The notes beneath the pieces are model-generated. The model did no database searches and was not told where the DNA came from. It was given only the letters and a program-made list of their open reading frames with translations. A DNA stretch of 64,000 bases from a virus: the IMG/VR virus record IMGVR_UViG_3300017593_000751, positions 1 to 64,000 of that record; one strand, 5' to 3'. Positions 18,581-27,205 of this stretch are shown piece by piece; within the stretch, counting starts at the first letter, position 1; each line of letters starts with the position of its first letter. The translations under genes and the position numbers were made by a program.

Positions 18581-19192
18581 CTATTTCCTTTCCGCCCACC
18601 GCCGATACCCCGCAGGCCCTCGGCGGTACAATTCGGCCATTTGCTCCGGCGTGGAAGCGCCGACCCTCGGCGCGTAGTATTCCAGCCAGGCCCGAACCAG
18701 CCGCCGGCACTGGGCCACGTCGTACGGGTCCACCGTCTCGCCGGTCAGGCGCATCACGTCCTCGGCCCATATCGGCGTCACCTGGAACTCGCCCCGCTCG
18801 CCGGCAGGACCGACCACGCCGCGCCGGCAGCGCGGGTCTTGGCCGTAGCGGGACTCGCGCCAGTGAATCAGCTTAACCGCCCTATCCCAAACGTCCACCA
18901 CTGGCCGAGAACCCAGCTGCCACAAACTGTCTGATGACGAAGAAAACGAAACGGGGTTATTCGTCTGTCCTGCCTTCTTCATTAGGGCTTCAAGGCGGGT
19001 TATACGTTTTTCTAATCGGGCCAAACGCTCCTCAAATTGGCCCAAACAATATCCCAAGGTCGCCCCCACCGCCGAAAGCACTAAAAACCCCGCGACTGTT
19101 TTGGGCCAAAAACCTGAACCTTTCCTTGGAGCCTCAAGCGGTTCAAACGGCGAAGGGTCATGCGGGATGTTCTTCTTGCCCGCAGCGACCAT
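18581..19192 (-). CDS. lysozyme/destabilase-like transglycosylase with N-terminal TM segment (possible SAR endolysin)
   Basis: IHWRESRYG....GPAGERGEFQVTPIW..DPYD....YRRGPAGY; TM helix near N-terminus. Confidence 0.65.
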   Translation of the reverse strand: MVAAGKKNIPHDPSPFEPLEAPRKGSGFWPKTVAGFLVLSAVGATLGYCLGQFEERLARLEKRITRLEALMKKAGQTNNPVSFSSSSDSLWQLGSRPVVDVWDRAVKLIHWRESRYGQDPRCRRGVVGPAGERGEFQVTPIWAEDVMRLTGETVDPYDVAQCRRLVRAWLEYYAPRVGASTPEQMAELYRRGPAGYRRWAERK

Positions 19193-19394
19193 TTCCTTCT
19201 CCTTTCTTCAAATCCAACCAACCCGCATCCAACACTTGCTTCACGGCCTCCCATAAACGCTTTGCAGTGGCATAGTACATGTTGGGGTTCCCGCGGAGCC
19301 TAACCCCGCAAGAATACCAGCCATTCTCGTAAGACAACTCCCATTCATCACAGCAGCTTTTAAGGCGTTGAAAAGCTTCTTCGTCAATCATCAT
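19158..19394 (-). CDS. small alpha-beta3-alpha protein
   Basis: FQRLKSCCDEWELSYENGWYSCGV...YATAKRLWEAVKQVL. Confidence 0.6.
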   Translation of the reverse strand: MMIDEEAFQRLKSCCDEWELSYENGWYSCGVRLRGNPNMYYATAKRLWEAVKQVLDAGWLDLKKGEGNGRCGQEEHPA

Positions 19395-19412
19395 TTCTTC
19401 GTCTCACCCTCA

Positions 19413-19661
19413 TTATACCCGCCGGGACTTCAACCACCTCGGCAGATTCCAGATATACAAGCCAGCTATAGCTAAAGCCATGACGGTCATGCCTATCCCA
19501 TCCCAACCCAAGCCGATAGAATACACCAACCAAGGCACTTGGATAGCCAAACCGAATAAAGGAGCCCACCAGAACCGACGGGCGTGGAAAGCCCTGTCCA
19601 GAATCGTCAAAGGCAGCAGAATCAAGCTCAAAATGCTCAGCCAACTCACAGGTCTTCCCAT
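19413..19661 (-). CDS. small 3-TM membrane protein (PnuC/PQ-loop-like)
   Basis: Hydrophobic, Trp-rich helices (WWAPLFGLAIQVPWLVYSI). Confidence 0.5.
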   Translation of the reverse strand: MGRPVSWLSILSLILLPLTILDRAFHARRFWWAPLFGLAIQVPWLVYSIGLGWDGIGMTVMALAIAGLYIWNLPRWLKSRRV

Positions 19662-20341
19662 TCGTATTGCTTCGGCTGGTCTGGCGAAGGTGCTTCCCCC
19701 TCCTTCTTCTCCCGCTTAGCTGGTTTGGCAACCTTGGTGGTCTTGGCAACCTTGGCAACCTTGGCGGAACTGGCGGCTTTCTCCGCCTTCCCCGCCCGTT
19801 CCTCCGCCCTGGCCAATAGCTTCTTCAACCTTTCGTTCTCTTCCACGACAGCGTAGATGTCAAAGTCCGATTTGACCGCGTGAACACCAGGAAATCGAGT
19901 TTCAAAAACGACAGGGCGTTCCTTGTCCACATGAAGGCCCTTGCCGGCCAATCTCTCCCACGTAGGGGCCAGCTGGGCGAAGGTGGTGGGGCTTTTCTTG
20001 AGCATGTCCAAAAAGAACCTGCCCGGCCCATAGGCTTGGAGGGCTTCCATCATCTGCTCGAAGATGGACTCATCTGGCAGAGACTTGTCCTCAGGCTTGC
20101 CTTTGGCTGCGCGAATCTCGGCCAACCTCATCAATTCCTTGGTCTTACCCCTTCCCGGCCCCCCGGCCCATCCCTTCTGGAATCCGCTATACCGTTTAGG
20201 CTGTTCAGACAAGGACTTATCGTTGTTCTCCTGAACCGAAGAAGAACCGGAAGACCCTTCCGAAACGGGCTGTTCAGATGGGGATTTAGCCGTGTTGGAA
20301 ACCGGCCTCCGCCTTTTTTTATTTTCTTTTTTTCTGGTCAT
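19646..20341 (-). CDS. probable terminase small subunit
   Basis: GFQKGWAGGPGRGK resembles the FxKGxSGNPxGRP motif of TerS/DUF5681; upstream of and co-oriented with TerL. Confidence 0.5.
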   Translation of the reverse strand: MTRKKENKKRRRPVSNTAKSPSEQPVSEGSSGSSSVQENNDKSLSEQPKRYSGFQKGWAGGPGRGKTKELMRLAEIRAAKGKPEDKSLPDESIFEQMMEALQAYGPGRFFLDMLKKSPTTFAQLAPTWERLAGKGLHVDKERPVVFETRFPGVHAVKSDFDIYAVVEENERLKKLLARAEERAGKAEKAASSAKVAKVAKTTKVAKPAKREKKEGEAPSPDQPKQYEWEDL

Positions 20342-20462
20342 TCCGAAGGCTTTGCTTCACTCTTTTTCTGATAGAGCTTATTAGCCCAATAAACCGCAGC
20401 TGCCTTGATTCCCTTGGCCGCTCGGCTCATCACCTTTTCGGCCTCTTGTCTTGTTTCGCAAT

Positions 20463-20795
20463 CTAGCTCGGAAGGGTCATCATCACAGCAACCCCTGTCC
20501 CCCAAACGTGTGCGATAACTTTTCCAGCCTCTCCGCCTTGGCGAACGACGGACAAATCAGGAAATATCTCCGAGACTACGGACACCTCGGAGTCGTCGTA
20601 CAAAACCTCTGGCTTGGCTTCTTCCCCGTCCGGCATGAACCCGGCCCGCAACTCTTCGGCCTGTTCCAACACCCGCATCGTAACAGTGTAATCCTCCAGC
20701 TGACATAGCTCCACCAAAAGCACACCCTTTACACCCACCACATGGCGGACATACCTAAAGACCTCACGGTCATCTATTAGCTCTAACTTTTCCAT
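20463..20795 (-). CDS. hypothetical protein
   Basis: Start MEKLEL after GGAG RBS and TATAAT. Confidence 0.55.
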   Translation of the reverse strand: MEKLELIDDREVFRYVRHVVGVKGVLLVELCQLEDYTVTMRVLEQAEELRAGFMPDGEEAKPEVLYDDSEVSVVSEIFPDLSVVRQGGEAGKVIAHVWGTGVAVMMTLPS

Positions 20796-20896
20796 TCTGC
20801 TTTCTCCCTTCGCTCTTATTATATGGACGTTGCGGCGAGGGCCTTTGCTTTGACTTTGGCAGGACACACGAAGCCACTGCCTAGACCAAACCAGAA

Positions 20897-20992
20897 AACC
20901 GCCATATTTGCCCTGTAAGGCGTTTTCTGACCCAAATGGTATCCATCTACCACCTGGGCCGAGAAAACGCCTCCTGCGGCCAGCTGGGCGGC
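20897..20992 (-). repeat. 96-bp hairpin element, copy 1 (inverted repeat of 60307-60402)
   Basis: 87/96 identity by manual alignment; long imperfect stem AGGCGTTTTCT...AGAAAACGCCT. Confidence 0.9.
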
Positions 20993-21194
20993 CTGCTGGG
21001 CAAACCAACGGACGGGGCGGCTCAACAAATCAGACCTTTCGTTTCCCAATAGTCATTTTCAGGGCTGATTCCCTTCGCCGAACGGCCAGCAACCTCAGCC
21101 GAGATTCCCACGGCCACCTTTGACCTTTCCTTCCCTTGTTTTTAGCTCTTTTCAACGGCCCTTTGACAAAGGACCACGGCCACCGGGCCTTTCA

Positions 21195-21570
21195 TTGACA
21201 TAACTTGTTGCCTCCCAAAGAGAAACGTCTATAAGCGATGTTTTTATTTTTCGTTTGACGTAAGTCTTTGGCCTCCAAAGAGAAGCACTTTCAGAAAGTC
21301 CCTCAAAACGGCATTAGGTGCCGTTTTTCGTTCCTTTTTATTTTTCGTTTGACGTAAGTTGTTGGCTCCCTTGGGGAAGCACTTTCAGAAAGTCCTTCAC
21401 GAGGGACTTTCCGACTATATGTTTATTAATATATACTGTTTAAACCACTATACTAGTTTAAATTAGTTTAAATCAGTTTAAACTAGTTTAAAGAAGCAAC
21501 ATAAAGTCGGAAAGTCCTTCACGAGGTATTTTCTGAAAGTGCAACCTTATGGCTCCCATCACGTTGCGTT
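21195..21570. other. putative replication origin (direct repeats, inverted repeats, AT-rich core)
   Basis: About 60-bp direct repeat (21240/21334), about 45-bp inverted repeat (21379-21423/21498-21542), tandem YAGTTTAAAN decamers; at the divergent strand switch. Confidence 0.65.
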
Positions 21571-21694
21571 TTTGCTTGTCCCTCCTTTTTTGTTTTTGCC
21601 TTTCGGAACACCAAATCCGGGCGTACAATGAAAGCGAAGAAGGGAACAAACGCCCGTTGGTTTTTAGCTTGACCTAGCTAAAGGAAAGCAAAAG

Positions 21695-22579
21695 ATGAAA
21701 CGAAGAGGGAAGCGGCCGTTGGTGTCAAGAGTACGTTCCTTCCGTTTAAGCTTGGAAGAACTGGAAGCCTTGGTGGCAGGAGAGGCCGTGAGCTTCAACT
21801 TCAAGCTGCTTCCTCCGAAGGAATTGGACCTAGCAGGAAAACAAGAAGAACAAGAGGCTCCGCCCGTGTCATCCGCGTCGGAAGAAATAGAAATGCCTGA
21901 GATAGTCAAAGTGAGCGTTGATAAGCTCATTTGCACTTGGAATCAACACGCCTACGTTGTTCGAGCTAATAACCAGGGCGAAAGCCGGAACCGGCCGTTC
22001 CCTGAAGAAAAACGACGGGACGAAGCGACCATGACTTTGTTGCGAGAGGCCATCCAACAAGTAGGACTGAAGAAACTCATAACTCAAATGAAGCTTTATT
22101 TTCAAGTCTGCGAACGGGGCGAGCATTTATTCGAGGGCAAAAATCTGGCCTATGCCAGCTTGGATAGCTGGGCCGAGCGGGTCTTGGCAGCTCATCGCAA
22201 GGGAAAGAAGCTATGGTGGCAGACGAAGGACCTAAAGGGCCGGCCGTTGAAGACGCGAAGCGTCAATCCCGAACTCACGCGACAAGTGGCCGATGCTTTT
22301 GCCAAGCGGTTCCTCGGCAGAGAACATTACGGAAGGCTGAAGAACCCGTCCACCGAGTACGAGCGGTTCTGCGAGGCCGCCAGACGTATAGCTCTTTTCG
22401 CCGAGAAGACGGGCAGGAAGGTGGAGGATGCCATTCGCCTGCTGTTAGACTGCCTGGAGTCCGCCAGGTTTGACTATGTTCGGCCCGGTCACTTGGCCTC
22501 CGACCACACCTGGCGCGTGCTGATGCCCCAGTACATCGACCGGCTTTACGGCTACGAAAACCGGCCTAGGACATCGTAA
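21695..22579 (+). CDS. hypothetical helical protein next to origin (possibly replication-related)
   Basis: 294-aa ORF, first gene of plus arm. Confidence 0.6.
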   Translation: MKRRGKRPLVSRVRSFRLSLEELEALVAGEAVSFNFKLLPPKELDLAGKQEEQEAPPVSSASEEIEMPEIVKVSVDKLICTWNQHAYVVRANNQGESRNRPFPEEKRRDEATMTLLREAIQQVGLKKLITQMKLYFQVCERGEHLFEGKNLAYASLDSWAERVLAAHRKGKKLWWQTKDLKGRPLKTRSVNPELTRQVADAFAKRFLGREHYGRLKNPSTEYERFCEAARRIALFAEKTGRKVEDAIRLLLDCLESARFDYVRPGHLASDHTWRVLMPQYIDRLYGYENRPRTS

Positions 22580-22695
22580 GTTCTTATGAGACAAAGAATA
22601 ATAATTTTTCATTTTTTTCTTGTTTTCGTCCTTGACTAAAACCGATAGAGGCATATAATGCTAGTGTGATGAGAACGAGAAAGGAGAACGGGATG
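22575..22695 (+). promoter_or_regulatory. strong sigma70-type promoter + RBS module, copy 1
   Basis: T-rich UP tract, TTGACT 22632, 16-nt spacer, TATAAT 22654, GAAAGGAG RBS; repeated at 56484. Confidence 0.85.
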
Positions 22696-23022
22696 AAACA
22701 GGCAACAGCACTTCCAGCGTGGGCAAAGGTCGGCACTGTCCTCCATTATTCTTGGGGCTGGGAACAAACGAATTGCGAGTTCTACGAGGTCGTGGCCGTT
22801 CGCGGTTCGCAGGTCATCATCCGGGAGATAGCGGCCAAGCAGGTCGGCCCCTGGGCTTTCATGAGCACATACGTCGTTCCTGAGCCCGGCAAGTTTATCG
22901 GCCCTGAGATGCGAAAGAAGGCTCAGGACTTCGGCGTGCGGATGAAGTTCGGAACGGCCGGGCCCATAAGCCCCGAGGAATTGGCCGCTGGCAGGAGCTT
23001 CTATTGCTCCTGGTATGCGTAG
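22693..23022 (+). CDS. phage early hypothetical protein
   Basis: VGTVLHYSWGWEQTNCEFYEVV motif; directly after promoter. Confidence 0.7.
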   Translation: MKQATALPAWAKVGTVLHYSWGWEQTNCEFYEVVAVRGSQVIIREIAAKQVGPWAFMSTYVVPEPGKFIGPEMRKKAQDFGVRMKFGTAGPISPEELAAGRSFYCSWYA

Positions 23023-23042
23023 AAGCTGGAAAGGGGACCGAG

Positions 23043-23330
23043 ATGAAACAAATTGAAGCCCTTCTAGACGCTTGTTCCGAATTCGTTCTCAAGGACCAGC
23101 TGGCCGGATTTGTCCGGTCTGAGTTGGCCGTGCGAGACGACGCCAAGCACGGCCTAACCGACGAATCCGACGGCTGGATGCCGGGGCCGGCGGACACGCC
23201 GCTGAACCAGATAGATTGGGCCAACCTGCGGACCGTCGGCGACCTGCGGGAGATGGTCCGCAAGCTGGACGATGTGGGCTTGGCCGCCCTCAAGGCCACC
23301 CTTGAAGCCCGCGGGGTGAAGGTGATATGA
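23043..23330 (+). CDS. hypothetical protein
   Basis: AAGGGG RBS; operon context. Confidence 0.55.
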   Translation: MKQIEALLDACSEFVLKDQLAGFVRSELAVRDDAKHGLTDESDGWMPGPADTPLNQIDWANLRTVGDLREMVRKLDDVGLAALKATLEARGVKVI

Positions 23331-23408
23331 TGAAAATGAGACCTGTTGTTTTCAATCGGGCCGTGACAACTGGAGTCGTCAAAGCCACAGAATGAAAGGA
23401 GCTTCGGA

Positions 23409-23912
23409 ATGACCCGTTACTATCCTCACCCGCCGACTCTGGCGGACAACGAAGCGGAAGACCTTGGTTGCATAGCTGAAATGGTGGCTTGGGCCGCGGA
23501 AGAGATGGGTTTGCGGGCTGATTGGTATTACAGCCAGTCCAGCGAAGCCGTGTACGTCGTTGTGTGGCCCGACGTTCCACCGGACGAAGAGGGAGTGGAC
23601 GATACAGAGGTGACTGTCCGCATCGCCGAGCACGAGCCGAAGCCGTGGAACGGGGGCGGCAGTTTTGAGGTCGGCTCGTTCCGCGAAGGCTGGGGCCATC
23701 CGGTTCCGGCCCATCGCGCCACAGACGGCGATTGGCGGGCCGCCGTGAGGTGGCTGGCCAAACGGTTTGACGCGAAGGTTCCGCCAGCGGTCGCGGAACG
23801 CCTGGAAAGCCGATGGTGCCCCGCCTGTCGGCGATGGGTAGAGCCTGACGGTCGTTTGGAGGCCGCGGGCGTGTATAGCGTTTGCCCTCATTGCGGGGAA
23901 AGAATAAAATGA
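23409..23912 (+). CDS. hypothetical protein with C-terminal zinc ribbon
   Basis: VRIAEH motif; CPACRR...CPHCG. Confidence 0.65.
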   Translation: MTRYYPHPPTLADNEAEDLGCIAEMVAWAAEEMGLRADWYYSQSSEAVYVVVWPDVPPDEEGVDDTEVTVRIAEHEPKPWNGGGSFEVGSFREGWGHPVPAHRATDGDWRAAVRWLAKRFDAKVPPAVAERLESRWCPACRRWVEPDGRLEAAGVYSVCPHCGERIK

Positions 23913-24157
23913 ACAAGGACAGGATTTACAAATGCTTAGCCCGCTGGGTGGTTTTGCTGGCTAGGGAACACGGTTCAGGATATGGAGCCGAAGGGTTGGG
24001 GCCAGCGATATGTGAACTCGCCGAGTCGATAGACCAAAACCGGTGGTGCGAGGCTGCTGAATTTCTTGAAAAGAGTCGTCCCTTGCTCCCGAAGGGTTCT
24101 GATTCGTTTGTGGACGAATTCGTTGCGGCGTTGGAAGGTTTGGGGGAGGAGAGTTAA
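23909..24157 (+). CDS. hypothetical protein
   Basis: ATGA-coupled. Confidence 0.5.
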   Translation: MNKDRIYKCLARWVVLLAREHGSGYGAEGLGPAICELAESIDQNRWCEAAEFLEKSRPLLPKGSDSFVDEFVAALEGLGEES

Positions 24158-24159
24158 AC

Positions 24160-24375
24160 ATGGCGTGCTGGCAGATACAAACGGAAATGGGCTTTGATTA
24201 CGACCTTATCTGGGCCAACTCCGTGCCCAGGGCTCTGGACATTTGGGCGCAGCGTCGGGGGTTTGCCAACTGGAAGGAAATGAACGAGCGCCAGGGCTTT
24301 CGGGGAGATGATTACAAAGTGATTGGTTTTCGTATAATCTTGGGGACGGCGAGAAAGGACGAGAAAGGAGACTGA
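24160..24375 (+). CDS. hypothetical protein
   Basis: GGAGGAG RBS. Confidence 0.5.
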   Translation: MACWQIQTEMGFDYDLIWANSVPRALDIWAQRRGFANWKEMNERQGFRGDDYKVIGFRIILGTARKDEKGD

Positions 24376-24376
24376 A

Positions 24377-24535
24377 ATGGCTAAGACGACGAAGAGGAGA
24401 CAAGCAAAGAAGGAAGGCAAGCATATTTGTTGCGGTCAGGAAATGGCCCTGTATCCCCGAGCCCGCGGGATTGGGGCCTTGCCTTTCGTTCGCCTCTGCC
24501 ACAAGTGCGGGCGATGGTTTGAAGTGGCGGAATAA
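24377..24535 (+). CDS. small zinc-ribbon protein (52 aa)
   Basis: Own translation MAKTTKRRQAKKEGKHICCGQEM...LCHKCGRWFEVAE; AAGGAG RBS. Confidence 0.55.
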   Translation: MAKTTKRRQAKKEGKHICCGQEMALYPRARGIGALPFVRLCHKCGRWFEVAE

Positions 24536-24546
24536 GGGGACAGACG

Positions 24547-25119
24547 ATGAAAACAGACAATCAATCTTCGACTCTTTCAGCCCGCGAACAATTCCTGTCC
24601 TTGGCCCGACAAGAACTGCAAAAGCAGCTAGAACGCCCCAATACGGTCTATTGGAAGGAGCCGGAGATAGAGCTTTCGGGGCCTTATCCCAGGTCGGGCA
24701 AAGGCGGCCTGTTGAGCGGATGGGGGCCGGTTCGGGACTTGCTGCGGATTCGCCTTGAGGTTGAGCTGACTTTTCGCGTACCGTTGAAGCTGCTGAAGAC
24801 GGGTGCGGTGTTGAAACCAGCTACTTGTTCGGACGGCTCAGCTTGGCTGGAGCTGGAAGGCCCTTGTGGTGGCGAAGGCGACGGGACTGACCTGATAGGA
24901 ACCGTTCTGGACGGCGAGGATGAGCTGTCGGAGTTCTTCTTCCCGCAGGGCACCCGGGCTGGCCTGGAGGAGTGGATGTCTTTGGAGAACGTTTGCGGAT
25001 GGGGCCGACTATCGTGGAGCTACGGATATAATCCATTAGAGACCTCGGCGCGGATGTGTGGCGAAGGGCCATATGTTCTTTGCCGAGCGGTCGTTTGGGC
25101 GGAAGGAAAGCAGCGATGA
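24547..25119 (+). CDS. hypothetical protein, paralogue of 17503..18009
   Basis: KPATCSDGSAWLEL...FFPQGTRAGLE...GWGRLSW. Confidence 0.55.
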   Translation: MKTDNQSSTLSAREQFLSLARQELQKQLERPNTVYWKEPEIELSGPYPRSGKGGLLSGWGPVRDLLRIRLEVELTFRVPLKLLKTGAVLKPATCSDGSAWLELEGPCGGEGDGTDLIGTVLDGEDELSEFFFPQGTRAGLEEWMSLENVCGWGRLSWSYGYNPLETSARMCGEGPYVLCRAVVWAEGKQR

Positions 25120-25832
25120 CTAGATTTGACTTGGGCGGGGCGGTGGAGGCATGGAAGAAGGCGGCGGAAAGCATGGATGAAAATGGCATGCTTCCTCCTC
25201 ACAACTGCCATCGCTGCGGCAAGCCACTCAATGCCGATGGCAACCGTCCGGCGGAACTGTATTTGGGTACCTACACTGGATTGTGCACCGCCTGTATGAA
25301 TGCTTCGCCTTACGAAGTCAAACGTTTGATTTCGGGGGCCAAGTTGATGTCTCATCCGCCACACCTGCCCTCTTGGAGGCGAAGTCGGGAGGAGTTTATT
25401 TGGTTTGAGGACTGCCCCGACAAGTGTATCAAGGGCGTTGTCCCCGGTACTTGGGGCGGGTGGAGCAACTATCCGAAGCAGTGCCCAACGTGCCTTGCTC
25501 GGCATGAGAACCATCCCGAAGTGCGGCGGTATAAGGAAGACCAGAAAAAGCTAAGGGCTGTCCAGTACTACTGGCGTTCCCGGATGATAGCTGAATATGA
25601 ACGAAGGCTAAAGAAGGCGGGATACGAGGGGGGCGAAATTGAAGAAGGCTCTTCACCGGAGGAATGCCCTATCCTTTCCGGTGTGTTGCGGGACGGCCCA
25701 CCCCCGCCCGAAAAGCCGGAATTGCCCGTCTTTCCGGCAGGCTGGGCCAAGGCGTCGGAAGTGGCCTTGACCATGTTGATAGAGGCGGGTTTGGTGCCGC
25801 CGGGGCGGTTTAACTTTAGAAAGGGGAAGTGA
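25116..25832 (+). CDS. Cys-rich hypothetical protein
   Basis: CHRCGKPLNADG..PAELYLGTYTGLCTAC; CPDKC; CPTC. Confidence 0.6.
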   Translation: MTRFDLGGAVEAWKKAAESMDENGMLPPHNCHRCGKPLNADGNRPAELYLGTYTGLCTACMNASPYEVKRLISGAKLMSHPPHLPSWRRSREEFIWFEDCPDKCIKGVVPGTWGGWSNYPKQCPTCLARHENHPEVRRYKEDQKKLRAVQYYWRSRMIAEYERRLKKAGYEGGEIEEGSSPEECPILSGVLRDGPPPPEKPELPVFPAGWAKASEVALTMLIEAGLVPPGRFNFRKGK

Positions 25833-26035
25833 TGGTTTATGTGTCACAACACAAGTTGAAGTTTCGCACTAAAAGTTGGTGGGGACATCTTTACGCTCGT
25901 GTTCTTGATGATGGAGAAGGTGGGGAGTGGATAGCAATAAGAGACGGTAGATATGACATTGAAACCGTTTTGAGCTTCAGACAAGCCCGCCGTTTGGCCA
26001 AGTGGCTGTTGAAAGTAGCCGGGGAGGGTTCATAG
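25829..26035 (+). CDS. beta3-alpha repeat protein
   Basis: LSFRQARRLAKWLL. Confidence 0.6.
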   Translation: MMVYVSQHKLKFRTKSWWGHLYARVLDDGEGGEWIAIRDGRYDIETVLSFRQARRLAKWLLKVAGEGS

Positions 26036-26455
26036 ATGACAAAAAGAAGGAAGAAGAAGACGATATCTTTACCTACGATTCACATCTGTTGTGATTCTGG
26101 AAGTTTGAGTGCGACTGGTTTTGGCGACGAAGGGGTGGCTTTGGCAATAATTGGTTCCTGGGCTTCTATTGAGGTGGACTTGGTTCGTCAACAAGCCCGC
26201 CGTTTGGCTAGGTGGCTGTTGAGGACAATAGGGGAGGATTCACAGAAGATGAAGAGAAGGAAAGAGAAGACGATAGTGGCTCCTGCCCTCCACATTTGTT
26301 GCGAAGGCGGTTCTTTACACACAAGAAGTTTTGATGGCGAAGAAGTAACTCTTTCCTTGGCCAACCCTTGGGTTTCTCTTGAAGTAGATATTGCTCCTTC
26401 CCAAACCCGTCGCTTGGCCAAGTGGCTGTTGAGGACGGTCGGGGATGAAAAATAG
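26036..26455 (+). CDS. tandem-duplicated beta3-alpha repeat protein
   Basis: Two internal copies KRRK.KTI..P..HICC..GSL...W.S.EVD....Q.RRLA.WLLRT.G. Confidence 0.7.
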   Translation: MTKRRKKKTISLPTIHICCDSGSLSATGFGDEGVALAIIGSWASIEVDLVRQQARRLARWLLRTIGEDSQKMKRRKEKTIVAPALHICCEGGSLHTRSFDGEEVTLSLANPWVSLEVDIAPSQTRRLAKWLLRTVGDEK

Positions 26456-26515
26456 TTATCTGTTCCCCGTCAGGAATGAAACAGGACCATATAATGAAAC
26501 GAAAGGAGAAGCAAG

Positions 26516-27193
26516 ATGGCACTAACGCAAGAACAGTTGGCCGAGTATCGCAAGCGGTGCGAGATGTTCGGCGTGGATGAGAAGGGCAGGCCCGGTTGGG
26601 ACCCTAAGACCGAGGAGTGCCAAGCATGCAAGGTTGAAGAGCCCGACCTTTACGAAGCCTGCAAGACCGAGTGTGAGCCTTTGATGAAAAGTGTCTCCGC
26701 TCCTCCCCAAGAGGACCAAGCGGAGGACGAAAGGCTCGCCCCTGTAGCGGATGAGGCCGTGGAGCCTATTATCAAGGATGAGGTTGAGACCCCAACGGCC
26801 CAAGAAGAGGCTCAAGAAGACCAAACAGAAGAGCCTGAAGAGCCCGAAGAGCCTGAGGCTGAACCCGTCGAAGAAGTTGAGGAGGCCGAGGGTTCGGATG
26901 TGGACGACGAAGAGACCACACAAGAGTCCGCGCAAGAGACTGCGCAAGAGACTACCAAGCGGCCCAAACGGGCCAAGGCCGTCCTGGCCGCCGTGGTCAA
27001 TGTGATTATGTCACAACAGGGCGAGTTCAGGGCTAGGGAAGTGGCCGAGCAAGTGGTGAGGCAGACCGGGTGCACTGAGGTAACAGCCACCACGCGAGTC
27101 AACTTCGCTCTCTCTTTCGGGCGACTGTATGGCGTGGTCGAACGCACGAGATGGGGAACGTATCGTTGGGTAGGAGCCGAAAAGAACCAATAG
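26516..27193 (+). CDS. acidic protein with Cys-rich N-terminus and C-terminal winged-helix-like domain
   Basis: C..FG.....WDP..EECQAC; acidic linker; EFRAREVAEQV...GVVERTRWGTYRW. Confidence 0.6.
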   Translation: MALTQEQLAEYRKRCEMFGVDEKGRPGWDPKTEECQACKVEEPDLYEACKTECEPLMKSVSAPPQEDQAEDERLAPVADEAVEPIIKDEVETPTAQEEAQEDQTEEPEEPEEPEAEPVEEVEEAEGSDVDDEETTQESAQETAQETTKRPKRAKAVLAAVVNVIMSQQGEFRAREVAEQVVRQTGCTEVTATTRVNFALSFGRLYGVVERTRWGTYRWVGAEKNQ

Positions 27194-27205
27194 GAGCTAA
27201 ATGGA

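Noticed and set aside
20357-20470. Possible frameshifted C-terminal extension (LDCETRQEAEKVMSRAAKG...) of gene 20463..20795
   Set aside because: Plausible 1-nt indel, but no slippery site and no homologue to confirm it.
20796-21008. Apparent protein paralogy between the N-terminus of ORF 20463..21008 and ORF 60222..60617 (RRRRFLG.GGRWIPFG)
   Set aside because: It is a translation of the non-coding 96-bp hairpin repeat; the real gene likely starts at 20795.
21628-21724. Degenerate short copy of the 21695 gene start just upstream of it
   Set aside because: Similarity is short and purine-biased; it cannot be distinguished from chance or a trivial local duplication.
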